Part shown: positions 45,398 through 55,285 of the stretch, piece after piece
How positions within the stretch are numbered: the stretch's first letter is position 1
How the letters are laid out: each line of letters begins with the position of its first letter
Source: a phage
Sequence record: NC_101835.1
Reading direction: 5' to 3' (one strand)
Length of the DNA: 64,000 nt
Notes under the pieces: generated by a model
The model's database searches: none
What the model was told of the DNA's origin: nothing
Seen by the model: the letters and a program-made list of their open reading frames with translations, nothing else
Position numbers and translations under genes: made by a program

Positions 45398-46582
45398 TTA
45401 AGCTTTAGCCAAAATGGCGCTAAACTCTTCACCAAACTCTTTTACAATCTTCATCAGGTTTGGGTATGCTTTGATCAGCTGAGCAACAATCTTGTCACGA
45501 CCTTTACCGATAAGCAAGGCATTTCCTAAGGCATTAGGTTTCATCATCGCCATAAAGACTGAGAATACAAAATCTCGGTTCTCGTCCTTGAAGTTTTCCC
45601 AAAGGAAATCGAGGAAGTTTGCCACACAGCTAACAAGATCTTCGTCGGAGATACTTGCATTTTCCATCATATTACGAATAGCGATACAACCTTCAGATCC
45701 AAGAATCCACAAGATGTCTGGCTGTTTAGGGCCTACGTATTCTTTGCAACCTCCTGCCATAATCCGACCTATTTCCGGTAAGTTGCGTTTCTTGGTGTGG
45801 TAAGTCCAGATCTCTACCGCTGCAGTGTGACCAATAGCACCTTGTAGAAGAACACGGGCCATAGCGTCAGAAATAATACCGCTGTCAAAATCGTGCAAGA
45901 TATCAGATGCAGCAACCCAAGATCGCGGTGTGGCAAAAGATGGACAATTAATCTCAGCCATGGCCTCATAATTATCAATAGCTGATGGAACTCTTTTCAG
46001 ATATCCAATTACAGAGGAGTGCACCCCATTAAGGAATGCGTAGTCCTCAATAAACACCTCTGCGTTGCTTGTAACTTCTACAATGATAAAGCGGTTAGCC
46101 AGAGGGGCTTCGAGCGCCGAAAGAACAGCACCATCTGTAGAACGGTTACCTGCAGCTACAAAAACAGAGCCCTTAGGGAATGCATAGGTGCCACACTTGT
46201 GGTCGAGCATAATCTGCATTGCAACCTTTTGCAGGTAGTTATCTGCATGAGTGAGCTCATCCAGAAAGACAATTCCGCTCCAGTCAGGATCCGCAGGCCA
46301 AAATTCTGGGATTGCAAACACTGTACGTGTAGTCCCATCCGCTTCTACAGGGATAGGTAGCCCAGATAAGTCGGCAGGATCTTTATCTGACAGCCGCACG
46401 TCAACCAGGTTGTCATCTCTCTCACCGAACATATTATCAGCGATCTGCTTCATCACCTGACTCTTTCCCACACCCATTGGTCCTAAAATCAGGACAGATC
46501 GGTTATGACGCTGGGCAAACTGAATGATAGCTGGCAACTCACGGACAGTGATTTGACCACTTTCAAATACGTTTCTTGACAT
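45398..46582 (-). CDS. AAA+ ATPase (MoxR/CobS-like, AAA_5-type)
   Basis: Walker A LILGPMGVGKSQV; Walker B IVFLDELTHA. Confidence 0.7.
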   Translation of the reverse strand: MSRNVFESGQITVRELPAIIQFAQRHNRSVLILGPMGVGKSQVMKQIADNMFGERDDNLVDVRLSDKDPADLSGLPIPVEADGTTRTVFAIPEFWPADPDWSGIVFLDELTHADNYLQKVAMQIMLDHKCGTYAFPKGSVFVAAGNRSTDGAVLSALEAPLANRFIIVEVTSNAEVFIEDYAFLNGVHSSVIGYLKRVPSAIDNYEAMAEINCPSFATPRSWVAASDILHDFDSGIISDAMARVLLQGAIGHTAAVEIWTYHTKKRNLPEIGRIMAGGCKEYVGPKQPDILWILGSEGCIAIRNMMENASISDEDLVSCVANFLDFLWENFKDENRDFVFSVFMAMMKPNALGNALLIGKGRDKIVAQLIKAYPNLMKIVKEFGEEFSAILAKA

Positions 46583-46884
46583 TAGTAAAAGTCCTCTACT
46601 TGTGTGTAAGTGTTTTCAAAGTTTTCCAAAACAGATATCACATCGGATCTGTCAATATCGTACACAACTTCCCAGTTGTATGCAACCCTTTCTGCTGTTG
46701 CCTCTTCTGGCGCTAGTCGTCTGCTGGCATAAAAGAGTGTTGGAGTACACTTTCTTGCTTGCCCTCTAACTTTCCCATAATAATATCTGTGAATATCTTT
46801 GTCAAAATTTAACTCTTTTTCTGCACGAAGTTCATATTGCTGGTATAACATGTTTATTACTCTTTTAAGTGGCATCCTTGCCAC
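46582..46884 (-). CDS. hypothetical protein
   Basis: ORF coupled to AAA+ gene; true start ambiguous (GTG/ATG candidates). Confidence 0.4.
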   Translation of the reverse strand: MARMPLKRVINMLYQQYELRAEKELNFDKDIHRYYYGKVRGQARKCTPTLFYASRRLAPEEATAERVAYNWEVVYDIDRSDVISVLENFENTYTQVEDFY

Positions 46885-46890
46885 TACCTG

Positions 46891-47271
46891 CTAGAATACG
46901 GTCCGAATCCAGACAAGGTTCTTATCTGCCCAATCATAGAGGCAAGTCATTGCACTGTTGAATTGCTCACACGGAGGATAATCTTCTTCCATCTGGCGCA
47001 TAGCAGAGCCTTGTGGGTAAAGCTCCTGTGCTGCAAACCACGCGTCGTAGTCATCAACGGTGTCGAAGTAGTATACAACATCCTCCAACTCAGGATCGAA
47101 CTTTGAACTATCAGGATCCAGTTGTTCAGGGAACTTGGAGCGTAACTTGCCAGCCACAATACTTGCCAACTCGCTAACATGCTTATTGTCCCACTCCACT
47201 AGCTTCCCGCCTTCAGTGATGCGTCCTAACCACTGATCATGAAGGTCAACTGTTGTCTTCCACTGGGCCAT
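46891..47271 (-). CDS. hypothetical protein
   Basis: AAGAGGTGG RBS. Confidence 0.5.
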   Translation of the reverse strand: MAQWKTTVDLHDQWLGRITEGGKLVEWDNKHVSELASIVAGKLRSKFPEQLDPDSSKFDPELEDVVYYFDTVDDYDAWFAAQELYPQGSAMRQMEEDYPPCEQFNSAMTCLYDWADKNLVWIRTVF

Positions 47272-47273
47272 TA

Positions 47274-47531
47274 TCAGTCCACCTCTTCTTCTCGTTGTAG
47301 TTCAAGATACCCGTAGGTCTGGACATCTTCAAGGGTGTGGAACTCCTCATCTGCCGCTAATGCACGAACAACTTGGCACAAAACCTTATGAGGAACTTCA
47401 TCCAGACCAAGATTCAGTGCAGGGAACACCTTATCTAAGTCAACAAAATAAATGAACTGTAGCTCACCAGCTTCAAAAGGTGTATCTTCAATAAACATCT
47501 TCTCGGCATTAGTCAAGATCTGCACTTTCAT
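47274..47531 (-). CDS. hypothetical protein
   Basis: GAGGAGG RBS. Confidence 0.5.
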   Translation of the reverse strand: MKVQILTNAEKMFIEDTPFEAGELQFIYFVDLDKVFPALNLGLDEVPHKVLCQVVRALAADEEFHTLEDVQTYGYLELQREEEVD

Positions 47532-47887
47532 TATTCTACCTCCTCTTCTTTTTCTTCGGCATTAGTTTCATGGCTACCCCACTCTGGAGTTTCCACCTCG
47601 ATAGTAAACTCACGCACTACACGGTAATTACCCATGAAGCGCTCCACTTCGTCAAGGCTTACGGAGAAGCCATTGGCAACCAGGTCTGCAGCACCCTCTT
47701 CTACCAGGTAGTCCAGATTGGCTTCCAGAGCTTCAGGCTCAAACCCTGTCAATGCAATCAGATAACCTTCCCCTTCATCAGGTAGGACAATACAGCCCAA
47801 CTGATTTTCTTTAAAAAGGCAGTGACCATCATTATTGATCGGGTGTTCATTGCAGTAAATAGCTGCACGATAAGTAACTTTAGACAT
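47531..47887 (-). CDS. hypothetical acidic protein
   Basis: AAGGAGACC before ATG (MSKVTYRA). Confidence 0.5.
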   Translation of the reverse strand: MSKVTYRAAIYCNEHPINNDGHCLFKENQLGCIVLPDEGEGYLIALTGFEPEALEANLDYLVEEGAADLVANGFSVSLDEVERFMGNYRVVREFTIEVETPEWGSHETNAEEKEEEVE

Positions 47888-47900
47888 AGGTAAGGTCTCC

Positions 47901-48173
47901 TTAGGCAATTGTCATTTTACATTCTTGAAATTTTAACACAAGACGGTGATTGTGCCTAGTGTCTAAAAAGATTTTCTCAACCATCAGGCACACGGTATAA
48001 CCGTCCATCTTGTTGATAACAAAATCTCCAGGGTGAGGGAGGATGTCTCCCGGATTGGGGAAACATAGTCCACTCAGAAAGGCATCGTCAGTGGTGGACT
48101 TAATAGATTTCCACACACTGTCTGCCTGAACATGTTCACCGACGTAATATACATTACCACATGCCTTCATCAT
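47901..48173 (-). CDS. hypothetical protein
   Basis: GAGGG upstream of ATG (MMKACG). Confidence 0.45.
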   Translation of the reverse strand: MMKACGNVYYVGEHVQADSVWKSIKSTTDDAFLSGLCFPNPGDILPHPGDFVINKMDGYTVCLMVEKIFLDTRHNHRLVLKFQECKMTIA

Positions 48174-48175
48174 AG

Positions 48176-49075
48176 TCAAACCCTCGCATAAATTAAACTT
48201 GTATCAGTATACTTCTTTAATGGGTAAATATCCTGTCCATAGATGCAATCATTAAACACCTCATCTACCCAAAGGCTACACTTATATCCCATCATTTCTA
48301 AAACACCCATCTCTTCTTCGGTAAACTTATCACCGCTCTTGCAAGATGTCAATACCTCATTCTGAACTCTTGCTACCTCGAAGCGGTTATTGGCAATATC
48401 GCTATTGGCGATCAAATACTCACCTAGAGGGTGTGCGGCATTAAAGATGCACAGTGGACGGCTGACGTAATAGTCTCCGGGTGTATAAAAATTGTTGAGG
48501 TCTTTCACTAGAACATTCTTATCAGTCACTTCATTTATAACATCATGCATATCGCACATCTTTATATGTTTGAGGATTCCATCCCCCATCACAAAATAAA
48601 AACTTGCTGAGACACTTTCGGCATAGATCTTACTAGATCCGTTGTAGTTGTATTTTACTCGGATGCTAACGGGGGTTTTTCCTGTCGCGTTAGCCATCAT
48701 CCAAAGAAATGGCAGCTCATACTTCTCCTCTGAGGAAACAAAAGGTGAGGTAGCCAGAGATCGAAAACCTCCAGAGAAGTTGAAAGTTACAGAACCGCTC
48801 CGGCGGTATGATACCGCGTATTCTACTTTTATATCGACATACCCATTGGAATAGGTGTGTCCTTCATTATCTAAATATGTCCACTTATCAGACCCAGATA
48901 CCAATCTACGCTCAATAACCTTCATCACTATAGGAATTAATGGGTTGGTACAAACCGCTTTTGAAGTAGCTTTATCATCTAAAGCCTCGTAAATTGCAGA
49001 AAGGATGTCTCCAGCTGAAAGATTGGTTGTTATATCCTGTTGCCACCGCGTACTAAAACTGTTAAGATTTGCCAT
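48176..49075 (-). CDS. hypothetical protein (299 aa)
   Basis: AGGAGC RBS; first gene of leftward operon from the divergent promoter. Confidence 0.55.
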   Translation of the reverse strand: MANLNSFSTRWQQDITTNLSAGDILSAIYEALDDKATSKAVCTNPLIPIVMKVIERRLVSGSDKWTYLDNEGHTYSNGYVDIKVEYAVSYRRSGSVTFNFSGGFRSLATSPFVSSEEKYELPFLWMMANATGKTPVSIRVKYNYNGSSKIYAESVSASFYFVMGDGILKHIKMCDMHDVINEVTDKNVLVKDLNNFYTPGDYYVSRPLCIFNAAHPLGEYLIANSDIANNRFEVARVQNEVLTSCKSGDKFTEEEMGVLEMMGYKCSLWVDEVFNDCIYGQDIYPLKKYTDTSLIYARV

Positions 49076-49115
49076 GAGTGAGTGCTCCTATGTTAGTTTT
49101 CTTTCGAATGGGTGC

Positions 49116-49144
49116 ACTATATCGGAGATTTAGAGTAAAGTCAA
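49116..49144 (-). promoter_or_regulatory. sigma70-like promoter (TTGACT-N17-TATAGT), leftward
   Basis: Minus strand TTGACT (49139-49144) and TATAGT (49116-49121). Confidence 0.5.
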
Positions 49145-49157
49145 CACGTTTTTGATG

Positions 49158-49186
49158 TTGACATCTGTTGAGACAATTGATAAGAT
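49158..49186 (+). promoter_or_regulatory. sigma70-like promoter (TTGACA-N17-TAAGAT), rightward
   Basis: TTGACA 49158-49163, TAAGAT 49181-49186; back-to-back with the leftward promoter. Confidence 0.5.
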
Positions 49187-49217
49187 TTCTTCACTTACAG
49201 AGCACGAGAGACAACTC

Positions 49218-50195
49218 ATGAATCTTGAAAAATATTATACACCAGAAGAGTTAGAGCGCCTGCTCAAAAAATATAGACGCAAACAGAATAATGCACGGAA
49301 ACGAGATATAGAGTTCGACCTGTCGTGGGAAGAATACCTACTATTTGGTAAAAAACTTTTAGGGGAAGGGGTATGCGACTACACCCTTATACCTTTCGAC
49401 ATGCACACAGATGAAAACGGACTGGGAAATCCTTTCTATCCATCTCTGGAGCGGATAGATGATGAAGGTCCTTACGCAATTGATAATTGTTGTGTGGTAG
49501 GGTTGAGGTGCAACGCTCTGAAGGACTGTCTGGTAGATAAAAAGACTGCAATATTGATAAAAGACAAAACTGATCGAAAAATTGTCCAGCAGATGATGCT
49601 CCACCTGAGCGAAGAGCGTATGGAGAAATTGAAAGGTGATTATACTTTCGAAGATTTCATCTTGCAATACGGGACAGAAGAAGATAAACTAGCACTTTTT
49701 GACGAAGAGGAAGAAGATATGTCACCAATGCAGGACTTTAAAAATTTCATGGCTGATCGTGCAGCCAACAAACACATTTCAGATATCGTAAACGAAACTG
49801 TGACAGAAGAAATTGAAGAACAGAACTCTGAAGAGGAAAAAGAGCCTCAGGAGGTCGAAGAGGAGATTGCAGAAGAGGTTCCTGCACTGCCTGATGATGT
49901 TGAGGTTGCTAAGGCTTACACTTTCTATTGTCAAACGTTCTACGATGCAGGTATGAAAGTTGATCTGTCGTTCAGCCAATTTAAGAGTTCATATATTCGC
50001 AAATGCTGTGCTTTAACTGGTGAACGTCTCGGAGCTGGACTTAAACCGCTGTTGGTGACCGACTGGAATAAAGGTTTCACTAAAGGAAACTTTATGGTAG
50101 TATCTCCAATTATGGAAAAAGCCATGACAGATCTTATGAAGACCACTCGCATGACAATGACTGAGTTGGCAGGTATTTTCAAACACGTTAAATAA
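49218..50195 (+). CDS. hypothetical protein with HNH-like DRID-type segment and acidic linker
   Basis: ATG after GAGAGA, downstream of promoter (track start 49152 would overlap it); PSLERIDDEGPYAIDNCCVVGLRCNALK; E-rich linker. Confidence 0.45.
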   Translation: MNLEKYYTPEELERLLKKYRRKQNNARKRDIEFDLSWEEYLLFGKKLLGEGVCDYTLIPFDMHTDENGLGNPFYPSLERIDDEGPYAIDNCCVVGLRCNALKDCLVDKKTAILIKDKTDRKIVQQMMLHLSEERMEKLKGDYTFEDFILQYGTEEDKLALFDEEEEDMSPMQDFKNFMADRAANKHISDIVNETVTEEIEEQNSEEEKEPQEVEEEIAEEVPALPDDVEVAKAYTFYCQTFYDAGMKVDLSFSQFKSSYIRKCCALTGERLGAGLKPLLVTDWNKGFTKGNFMVVSPIMEKAMTDLMKTTRMTMTELAGIFKHVK

Positions 50196-50207
50196 TGACA
50201 GGGGCCA

Positions 50208-51689
50208 ATGGCCCCTTCTGGAGTTTTAATGGATAGCAGAAGTTCAGAAATCGTTGCCTCACAGAAAGATGATGCCCTGAGAATGTTGCAGGCTGCACGT
50301 ATGTATCTCCTTGAAAAGCTGCCGTTTTATGGCACACTGCTGTCAGGGTTGCAGTTCGTAGAAAACCACACATGGTGCTCCACCATGGCAACCGACCATA
50401 AACGCATCTATTACAGCCCTGAGTTCATTATGGGATTGGCTGATGAACGCAAGGCTATTCTTAAGGCCTCTCTAACTGACAAGCAGTTTGAGATGGCTGA
50501 GGTTTTCTATTCCCCCAAATCTGTGAAAGAGGTGGCCTTTCTTCTGTCGCATGAGGTGGGGCATATTATCTGTGATCACCTGGTCCGTGGTAAAAGCTTT
50601 GAGCCGGAACTGTTCAATATTGCTTGTGATCACGTTATCAACACAGGCCTTGTGGTTGACTTTAGCAAACCTCCTTGTGTTTTCTTCTCGAAGGGGAAAA
50701 GCACTACGTTCGTGAAAGGTAAGCCTTTTGGCTTCTTAGCCAGCTGCTACTGCGACATGAAGTTTCATGGATGGATTGCTGAGAACGTTTATGCAGTTCT
50801 TGATAAGCAAAGAGATCAGAATAACGGTAAAAGTAAGAGCGGTAAAGGTGAGAACTCTCAAGAAGATAAGCGACAAACCGATGATCACATGAGTGGTAAC
50901 GGTGGCACCAGTGATGATCTTGGAAAGGCTATGGGGTATGATCAGCCACAACCTGTAATCAGTCAATCTGATAAAGATCAGGCCATGCAGGACTCTGGTG
51001 ACATGCTGGAGGCAGCAATGCAAGCTTCCGGAGGTCGTTGCCCTGAGGCGGTTCGTGAGTTTGTCAAGAATAGAGGTAAGCCTGTAATTAATTATATAGA
51101 CATCATCAAGCAACGCATGTTGTCTAAACGAAAGGCTGAACTGACCTACAGAAAACCTGGTCGCCGATCTGGGTCTTTGACCAGCACAATGCGAAAAGTT
51201 GGGGCTATAAACAAGAACCAGCACGTTATTGTTCCTGGTCGTAATCCGGAAAACACCATAGATATTGTGGTAGCTTTAGACGTTTCTGGCTCGATCTCTC
51301 AAAGAACTTTAAAGAAAATGTTCAATGAAATCACCGGATTGTGCAATCTGTATAAAGAGTTTAAGGTTACAATGTTCTGTTGGTCAACTGAAGTCGGAGA
51401 GGTTAAAGTATACACTCGCGGCAACATAGACGAGATGATCAACTATGAGGTACACTCAACATGGGGCACAACAGCTGCTTGCGTGTTCGAGTATCTGGAT
51501 GCCAACATACCGAATGCAAAAGATGTCATCGTCCTGACCGACCTATACTTTGAGCATAACTTTGAACAAAAGGCTGTTGACAACAAGTGGAAAAAGTACG
51601 ATACTTTATGGGTTCTCACCGAAGGGTATAATAAAAATTATATCCCTAGCTTTGGGAAAACTGTGGAATTAATCGAGTACGCTAAGTAA
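50208..51689 (+). CDS. VWA-domain protein with N-terminal HExxH metallopeptidase-like motif
   Basis: LSHEVGHIICDH zinc-peptidase motif; VWA MIDAS motif IVVALDVSGSIS; typical partner of MoxR-like AAA+. Confidence 0.65.
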   Translation: MAPSGVLMDSRSSEIVASQKDDALRMLQAARMYLLEKLPFYGTLLSGLQFVENHTWCSTMATDHKRIYYSPEFIMGLADERKAILKASLTDKQFEMAEVFYSPKSVKEVAFLLSHEVGHIICDHLVRGKSFEPELFNIACDHVINTGLVVDFSKPPCVFFSKGKSTTFVKGKPFGFLASCYCDMKFHGWIAENVYAVLDKQRDQNNGKSKSGKGENSQEDKRQTDDHMSGNGGTSDDLGKAMGYDQPQPVISQSDKDQAMQDSGDMLEAAMQASGGRCPEAVREFVKNRGKPVINYIDIIKQRMLSKRKAELTYRKPGRRSGSLTSTMRKVGAINKNQHVIVPGRNPENTIDIVVALDVSGSISQRTLKKMFNEITGLCNLYKEFKVTMFCWSTEVGEVKVYTRGNIDEMINYEVHSTWGTTAACVFEYLDANIPNAKDVIVLTDLYFEHNFEQKAVDNKWKKYDTLWVLTEGYNKNYIPSFGKTVELIEYAK

Positions 51690-51695
51690 GAGAGG

Positions 51696-51962
51696 ATGTT
51701 ATTTATGGCAACAGAGGTAGTAATTAAAGCTGAACGCCCAGTTAAAAAAGCTATCAACACGTTCCCTGTGGGAACCATTGTGAGCATGATCACAGAGTCA
51801 GGTCGTGTATCTACGCTGCTGATTGTGAAATCTGCATGTTCTTCTTGTGTGTGGGCTTACGATCTGGACAAGAAAGAACTAAAATATTTTGTTGGGGAGC
51901 TGAAAGCAACCGAGCTCGATGCTCGTATCGAAGTATTTGGTGAAACTATGGAGGAAGAGTAA
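51696..51962 (+). CDS. hypothetical protein
   Basis: ORF in rightward array. Confidence 0.5.
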   Translation: MLFMATEVVIKAERPVKKAINTFPVGTIVSMITESGRVSTLLIVKSACSSCVWAYDLDKKELKYFVGELKATELDARIEVFGETMEEE

Positions 51963-52225
51963 TGACCACGAAAATCACTATTGCAGAACCGAAAGCTAAC
52001 ACGCAACCTATCGAAAAATTTAAATGTGGTGAGGTGGTAACATTTACACCAGATAATGAAGATGCTAAGATTTTCGCCATGGTCACAGCTGAGTGGATGT
52101 GCGACAATACCACACAGGTTCTGCGTTTTGACACCTATCTTACCGATGAAATCAGGAACGACAAGATCGTGACTGGTGTTGATACTGAAATTATTTTCTA
52201 CAAGAGCTTTTTAGAGGGTTTCTGA
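51962..52225 (+). CDS. hypothetical protein
   Basis: ATGA-coupled ORF. Confidence 0.5.
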   Translation: MTTKITIAEPKANTQPIEKFKCGEVVTFTPDNEDAKIFAMVTAEWMCDNTTQVLRFDTYLTDEIRNDKIVTGVDTEIIFYKSFLEGF

Positions 52226-52226
52226 T

Positions 52227-52460
52227 ATGGAAAAAATTCGTAAATTATCCAGCAATCAGGTTGTGAAAGACTTTGAATCTGGAGAGATTCTGTATGTTCG
52301 TGATGCAGATGACGAAGGTGAAGATCTTGTTATGTTGGTGGGGCACGCTGAGGACGGATGCATCCAAGCTGTTTTTCTTGAAACAGCTATGGTGCACTGG
52401 ATAGAGCTGGACTTGAAAGCACGAAAACCTAAAGCAGAAATCCTGATTTACGAAGATTAA
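52227..52460 (+). CDS. hypothetical acidic protein
   Basis: Tightly packed ORF. Confidence 0.5.
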   Translation: MEKIRKLSSNQVVKDFESGEILYVRDADDEGEDLVMLVGHAEDGCIQAVFLETAMVHWIELDLKARKPKAEILIYED

Positions 52461-52476
52461 CAAAAAGGAGATAGCC

Positions 52477-52926
52477 GTGTTGAGCAAGCGTGAATGCGAC
52501 AGCATTAGCCTGAATTCTTATAAGAAACAATGGTTTGGGGTAGAAGTTTGCCGACTGCGGCTAGGCTCCTACCTGAACTTCGTTTATTATGAGAGCGATA
52601 GTCGTATCGTTTCTTATGAAGTGTTCTACACTAAGAACACCTTCGAACTGCGCCGTAAAGTGGATGGTGGGAGAACTACCACCCAGAATAATTGGGAAAC
52701 TATCCTACCTACAGATGTTATAGGAAGTCCCCTGAATGTATCTGAAGATGAAAATCTTATGGTTCATGCTATGATGGGACTTGACAGCTTAGAGCTGGCG
52801 ATCTATGATATGTCCATCGAAGCAGTTAAGCTGGACTACATCGAAAACACTTTAGAGGAAGGTATCAAGAAGTTTCTCAGTGAGAAATTAAAAGACCACT
52901 TTCATAAGGAGCTATATCTGTTATGA
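52477..52926 (+). CDS. hypothetical protein
   Basis: AAAGGAGA upstream. Confidence 0.5.
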   Translation: MLSKRECDSISLNSYKKQWFGVEVCRLRLGSYLNFVYYESDSRIVSYEVFYTKNTFELRRKVDGGRTTTQNNWETILPTDVIGSPLNVSEDENLMVHAMMGLDSLELAIYDMSIEAVKLDYIENTLEEGIKKFLSEKLKDHFHKELYLL

Positions 52927-53168
52927 AGACCCGTAAAGAACGTAACAAAATTTTACCTGGAGCTCTCGAACACCTGATGAAGTGCAGATCTATTTGGCAC
53001 TCTGCCAAGGAAGGGCAGAAGGTGGTTGTGGTTAGTGACAATACCAACCCGTTTGGAGATTATACCACCATGATGGCCCCATATGTCCGTGATGGCGTTG
53101 TAGAAGTGGTCCCTTACAACGGTTTGCATGAACGGCACTTTGAAAGCACTTTGCTAGTGGAGCTATAG
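52923..53168 (+). CDS. hypothetical protein
   Basis: ATGA-coupled ORF. Confidence 0.5.
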   Translation: MKTRKERNKILPGALEHLMKCRSIWHSAKEGQKVVVVSDNTNPFGDYTTMMAPYVRDGVVEVVPYNGLHERHFESTLLVEL

Positions 53169-53170
53169 TC

Positions 53171-53737
53171 ATGGCGGTCAATGTGGCTTACAACACAGGA
53201 AAGCTTGACAGAGACATTGGGTGTCTTGTCCTTTCAGATACAGAAGAGTATTGGGGCTATGGGTTGCTGTCAGACCCACACCCGAGCAACCTTGTATCAA
53301 CGGTGCTATACCGCTACGACCCCGTGCCAACTGTACACGACAAAGACATTCACGACCTTCGGATCAAGTGTCTGGAAGATCTGCTGAACAATGGTTGCAA
53401 TGATCTGCGGGTAGCCAAAGAGAAGCTTACAAACATTCACAAAGAGGAAGTGATGAGCACCCTCAGTAAGAGATCAGTGCACAAAAAGATGATGCTGAAC
53501 TTTGCAATGGGTATCTACATGGATGGGTATAAGGGCGGGGACCCGATTCTCAAGCTTCGCTGCCCAACACTGTGGGAAAGGGTGGTTGACAGTAAGGACG
53601 GCACTGCCCTGCTTGAGCTTCACACTGCAGGTTGGATATGGCGGTATGTTGATGGATACCCTCTATGGGCATGTGGGCCTGGGGAATTTGTTGACAGGCC
53701 TAGTGCGGTGGTGGACTTGCTATTGCAGTTTGAATAA
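53171..53737 (+). CDS. hypothetical protein (188 aa)
   Basis: Tightly packed ORF. Confidence 0.5.
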   Translation: MAVNVAYNTGKLDRDIGCLVLSDTEEYWGYGLLSDPHPSNLVSTVLYRYDPVPTVHDKDIHDLRIKCLEDLLNNGCNDLRVAKEKLTNIHKEEVMSTLSKRSVHKKMMLNFAMGIYMDGYKGGDPILKLRCPTLWERVVDSKDGTALLELHTAGWIWRYVDGYPLWACGPGEFVDRPSAVVDLLLQFE

Positions 53738-53792
53738 AAGTGAGATATAAGGTGTTCATGCACCTACCAACAATACAACAAGAGAGACTGAG

Positions 53793-54068
53793 ATGACGAA
53801 AGAAGAAGCTGACGTATTAGACTTTGCACTGGAGGCTACGCAAGAGGCTCTGGTGTTAGCTTGGAAAATGAACCAGCGTGCTGCAGAATGCAACCGCCGA
53901 ATCAATGAGATTCTGGGCATGTCTATGTATGATTTCACTATGCATGCCGGAGAGATTCCTGAATTAACTGCAGAGATGAATGATCTTGACAATAAGATTA
54001 ATATCATTCTGAAGACAGCAGAAACAACTCACCAAACCGCCCGTAAATTTATCAACGAGAAGGTGTGA
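53793..54068 (+). CDS. hypothetical protein
   Basis: ORF in rightward array. Confidence 0.5.
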   Translation: MTKEEADVLDFALEATQEALVLAWKMNQRAAECNRRINEILGMSMYDFTMHAGEIPELTAEMNDLDNKINIILKTAETTHQTARKFINEKV

Positions 54069-54544
54069 ATATGGACTACAGCTACTGCGGGGAAGAAGTT
54101 CCTTTTAACTACAGCAATCTTACCACAAGCAATCCATATGAGACTCGCCACGGCACGCACATCATTGCCATTGACTTTGATGGAACGTTTAATGCGAGCC
54201 CTTTCATCTTCTCCCGCCTGATCAGGGATCTGAAGAAGGAGGGGTGGACAGTCTACCTTGTGACTTTCCGATTCATTACTCAAGACAATGTAGACATTGA
54301 GTATTGGCGCAAGGAGCTTGATGTTGGTGTGTTTTATACTGGAGGTGTTCAGAAGGCAGCCTATCTGGCTCAGTTTGATATCTACCCAGATATCTGGATT
54401 GATGATTCTCCGGCATGTATTCCGGCTAAGAATCAATTAGAGTTTGCAATGAAGGAGATTAAGTATAAGTCTGAAGCAAAGCGTAATGGATGGCCTTTTA
54501 TTATTGAAGATTACCCAGATCCTGAACCGGAGAAAGAGCCATGA
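54065..54544 (+). CDS. HAD-superfamily phosphatase-like protein
   Basis: HIIAIDFDGTF matches HAD motif I (DxDGT); later WIDDSP acidic motif. Confidence 0.45.
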   Translation: MNMDYSYCGEEVPFNYSNLTTSNPYETRHGTHIIAIDFDGTFNASPFIFSRLIRDLKKEGWTVYLVTFRFITQDNVDIEYWRKELDVGVFYTGGVQKAAYLAQFDIYPDIWIDDSPACIPAKNQLEFAMKEIKYKSEAKRNGWPFIIEDYPDPEPEKEP

Positions 54545-54741
54545 GGCTAAGATATCATTACCTGATGTGGAAGTTATATCATGGTGCTGCTAAAGCTTAC
54601 CGCACCGTGTTTGGTAATGACAATCACTGCATTATGTTACACCTTACCGCCATTGAACATCACAATGAGTGGATTCGTGCAATCGTAATAGGTGACAAAG
54701 ATTTTAAGTAAAGTATTGCTTTCTAGATGGAGACTGATTAA

Positions 54742-55122
54742 ATGTGCAAGTGTAAATCCTATAATTGGAAAGTGAAAGGTGCCAAGCATCAAAATGTTAT
54801 CGTTGATGTGCCTAAAAAGCTCCGTGACGGCAAAAAACGTGTGTGCCTTGATAAGTGCATGGCTAAGCCTATCATGAGTCTATGGGCGGCAGGATTGAAA
54901 ACGCTAAACTGCTGCTGTGGTCATAACAAAGATGTTCCAAGCATCATTATCCCAGAAGATGCAGATCCTAAAGCTTATGCCAAAATACTGACCCGCTATC
55001 CCAGCACCTTCCTGATTGGAAAATGGTGTCACGATGAACTTCAATGGTGGATAGCCTATGGTAGTATAGGCACTACTTTTGGCTTCCCAGCTTTGTCAGA
55101 GCGCTATGTCAAAGTGTCATAA
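54742..55122 (+). CDS. cysteine-rich hypothetical protein
   Basis: MCKCKS..CLDKC..NCCCGH; possible metal-binding. Confidence 0.45.
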   Translation: MCKCKSYNWKVKGAKHQNVIVDVPKKLRDGKKRVCLDKCMAKPIMSLWAAGLKTLNCCCGHNKDVPSIIIPEDADPKAYAKILTRYPSTFLIGKWCHDELQWWIAYGSIGTTFGFPALSERYVKVS

Positions 55123-55285
55123 TAGAATTTAAGGCCTCAAACGAGGCCTGTGCCTTCATAAATTGCCCCACCCTGTGCGATTGCCTTCCTGAATAAAATA
55201 CCCTCTCAGATCTCTTAAAATTAATCTTGACACCAACAACAGATTTGTATAGGATTATCTCACCAACCAAACAGAGGAGACTGCC

